Assembly (NCBI RefSeq): GCF_000315625.1
Contig: NW_005434634.1
Span: 272,531 to 336,530, forward strand
Source of the DNA: Guillardia theta CCMP2712
Taxonomy: Eukaryota > Protista > Cryptophyta
DNA length: 64,000 nt
Reading direction: 5' to 3'
Shown here: in pieces, positions 61,669 to 64,000 of the stretch
Position numbering within the stretch: position 1 is the stretch's first letter
How the letters are laid out: each line of letters starts with the position of its first letter
Program-made: the position numbers and the translations under genes
The notes under the pieces: model-generated
What the model was told of the DNA's origin: nothing
The model's input: the letters and a program-made list of their open reading frames with translations, nothing else
Databases searched by the model: none

Positions 61669-62246
61669 TCTAGTTTGTGAAGAGCACCCTGATGTGTGGG
61701 TGGGGTACCGAGATGTCAAAGGGGTGGTTTGTGTAGCTGACCACTGGGAAATAGGGGGGTACAAGGGTAGCAAGGTCCTAAACACGCTTGGAGGAGGACA
61801 AGGGTAGAGGTTGGGGAGGTGGGGTGATCGCCTTACCTTGAACCGGTGGTTGATTGTGGAAAAGACTTCTATGAATACGGTAGGGTACTCCTCATCAAGA
61901 AAGATTCAAAGGGGTGGGTGGTACGGGATGGGGCTATGACCACGTATGATGGTAAACCTGAGTAAACCACGTATGATGGTCGACCACAAACTTCACGTGT
62001 CCAATGCAGTGCAGATGCCGCAGATGCCAGTGTCCATGCTTAGTATGGTTGCCCCGTCCCTATGCTTGTCTCCATGCGACGGCGCTTGTACAGGAGAACA
62101 TGGGAGGAAACGAAGAGAAGCAGAGGAGAGCAGAAGATATGAGGAGAAGGTTGAGCAGAGTAGAAGGAGAAGAGCAGTGCAGAGAAGGGCACATTTTTGT
62201 AGCTGGCGTTTCGTGACTTCTGGGTACAGGTCCGAGGTTGTCGAAG

Positions 62247-63730
62247 ATGAAGTGGAAGAAACCGAAGAAAGAAGGGTCGGTGGGAGAGGATGGCGAAGCT
62301 GCTAAGCCGAAGAAAAAGATGGCGAAGAGGCAAGAGCGTAAAGTCACTACAACGCCGCAGCAGGACTTGATCTCCTCTCAAGTGGTCGCCCTGCAGAGAC
62401 TGACACAGGCTGGGCCGAAACGGATCGGCCCGTAAGTGTTGTGAACGATTGCTGCGGAGAGTGATGTCGGGAGCAGGTACTCGAGGAACCACAAGATCCT
62501 TCTGGTCGGAGAAGGGGATTTCAGTTTTTCCTTGGCCCTGGCTTCAAACCTCGGCGGCGAAAACCTTGTTTGCACCTCCCTTGACAAGCTGACGCAGCTC
62601 CAGGTGAACGAGTGTGTCTGAGAGTAGCGCTCACCTCGATGCTCTTGCAGGTCAAGTACGAGGGCAAAGTGAACGGGGCCCTTGGAACCCTACAGAGCTT
62701 GCGGGCAGAGATTCATCACAACGTCGATGCCACTGTCAGCACTTGCTCTCACCTGACTACCCGCATTGACAAGAGGCTGCAGACGCTGAGTGATTATGAG
62801 TTCACACACTTGCCCGACGGCTCCCTGCGCAAGTTTGATAGGATCGTCTTCAATGTGCGGATGTGCTCCTGTGTCGAGCTGCGGGTTGACAAGAGGTCTT
62901 TCAGTTCCCGTGTGTCGGGTTGTTGGAGGAGCAGCAGAAGCAGGCAATGGAGGTTTGTTGCAGCCTGACACTCGACAGCGGGTTGACTTTCACGGCTCTC
63001 AGGAGAACATGCAGAAGAAACTGCAAAGAAGAGGAATTCGGAAAAAGGAAGAACCGGAGAAAAAGAAGGTTGACACAACGCTTCTTCTTGCCCCAGTCTT
63101 ACCATCCGCCCCCCAGCCAGATGGAAAGCACGATATCAAGAAAAGCCAAGAGATGGCGAAGGAGAAACGGGATATCAAGGACCGGAAGCTGCACTCAGAC
63201 AAGCAATTGATCGAGGTAACCACAACGATAGGAGGGGAAAGAAGGTCAGGAGATGATCTGCACCTCCAGGGCTTTCTCAAGAGCGCATGCGAATTGCTCG
63301 AGGACGAGAGCAGCGAGATCCATATGAGGATCCGCGACGCTACGGTGAGACGTGGAGCAGCAGATCGCAGTCATGGCGAGAGGACTGATATTGTACGTGT
63401 TCCCAGCTCAGTGTGGTGGACGTGGATGACCTCGTAGGCGAAGCTGCGGTCCACTGTGTAGACCAGCATGATTTCCATCCAGCGCAGTTTTCAGGGTAAG
63501 TGGTTTTGCTAGAGCAGCTAGAGGAGCGTCCTGCGGTGAACCATGATCAGGTACAAGCCCCAGCAGACTCATCCGAATGGGAAGGGACTGCAGCCGCTCA
63601 CTCCAGCAACGACTCTGATGTACCTGCCTTTCTTCCTTTTGAACTCTCTGACATGCAGACAAAAGATTCCGAAGAAAATCCTCCGAAGACGAGGATCACC
63701 ATGAAGGTCCTGCATGACCAACCCCCCTGA
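62247..63730 (+). CDS. 25S rRNA uridine-N3 methyltransferase BMT5-like (DUF2431)
   Basis: KILLVGEGDFSFSLALA...CTSLD...KY...HNVDAT...KFDRIVFN|FPCVG...GFLKSACELL...EIH. Confidence 0.88.
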
Positions 63731-64000
63731 GTGTGTCGCTGATCTCCTTGCCAGCAGAAAGCAATGAGGGCAAAGTGAGTAGCACAAAGAAGAAGAACAA
63801 GAAGAAGAACAAGAAGAGAAAGCGAATCGACGACGACGATTTCTTCGACGATGCTCCTGGTCTCTATTCACAACATTCATTCTTCGCTAAACCATCATGA
63901 CAGGTGTTCGACCACAGAGCGAGGCACATGCGCAGGCTCTCCGTGCATGTGCATTCCTCCTAGGACGATAAAACCATGCGCTCACTGTCGAATAAAATCA

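Noticed and set aside
20511-63730. Apparent cluster of RNA-modification/ribosome-biogenesis genes (tcdA, DNAJC21, NOL9, BMT5-like)
   Set aside because: They are scattered among unrelated genes with mixed orientation; no evidence beyond chance.

Overview
Gene-dense eukaryotic nuclear DNA with many ~40-55 nt GT-AG introns, purine-rich microsatellite-expanded introns and three N-gaps. The style suggests a cryptophyte alga such as Guillardia theta (inference, not verified). Manual splicing of the six-frame fragments gives about 21 protein genes: a >3,280-aa multi-pass receptor-like protein, a class II histone deacetylase, a TPR/DUF1647 protein, a small DnaJ, a plastid-type sugar porter, TcdA, MED27-like, a PhyH dioxygenase, a YqaJ-like nuclease, citrate synthase, an ankyrin protein, DNAJC21/Jjj1, BLOC1S5-like, NOL9/Grc3, a VTT(DedA)-PDZ fusion, an LRR protein, V-ATPase subunit a, ARP3, a Mib_herc2-like protein, BMT5/DUF2431, plus hypotheticals. 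The most striking object (10007-14512, minus) appears only after splicing: one reading frame joining a dsRNA-binding domain, a KH domain and an HDAC with intact catalytic motifs, behind a signal-peptide-like leader ending in a ubiquitin-tail-like HMRGG. DNAJC21 has the same leader type (signal peptide...WRLRGG), hinting at a shared targeting/processing route, possibly to the periplastid/nucleomorph compartment. All gene models and domain calls are by eye; no searches were run. No rRNA, tRNA, CRISPR array or clear transposase was recognised.
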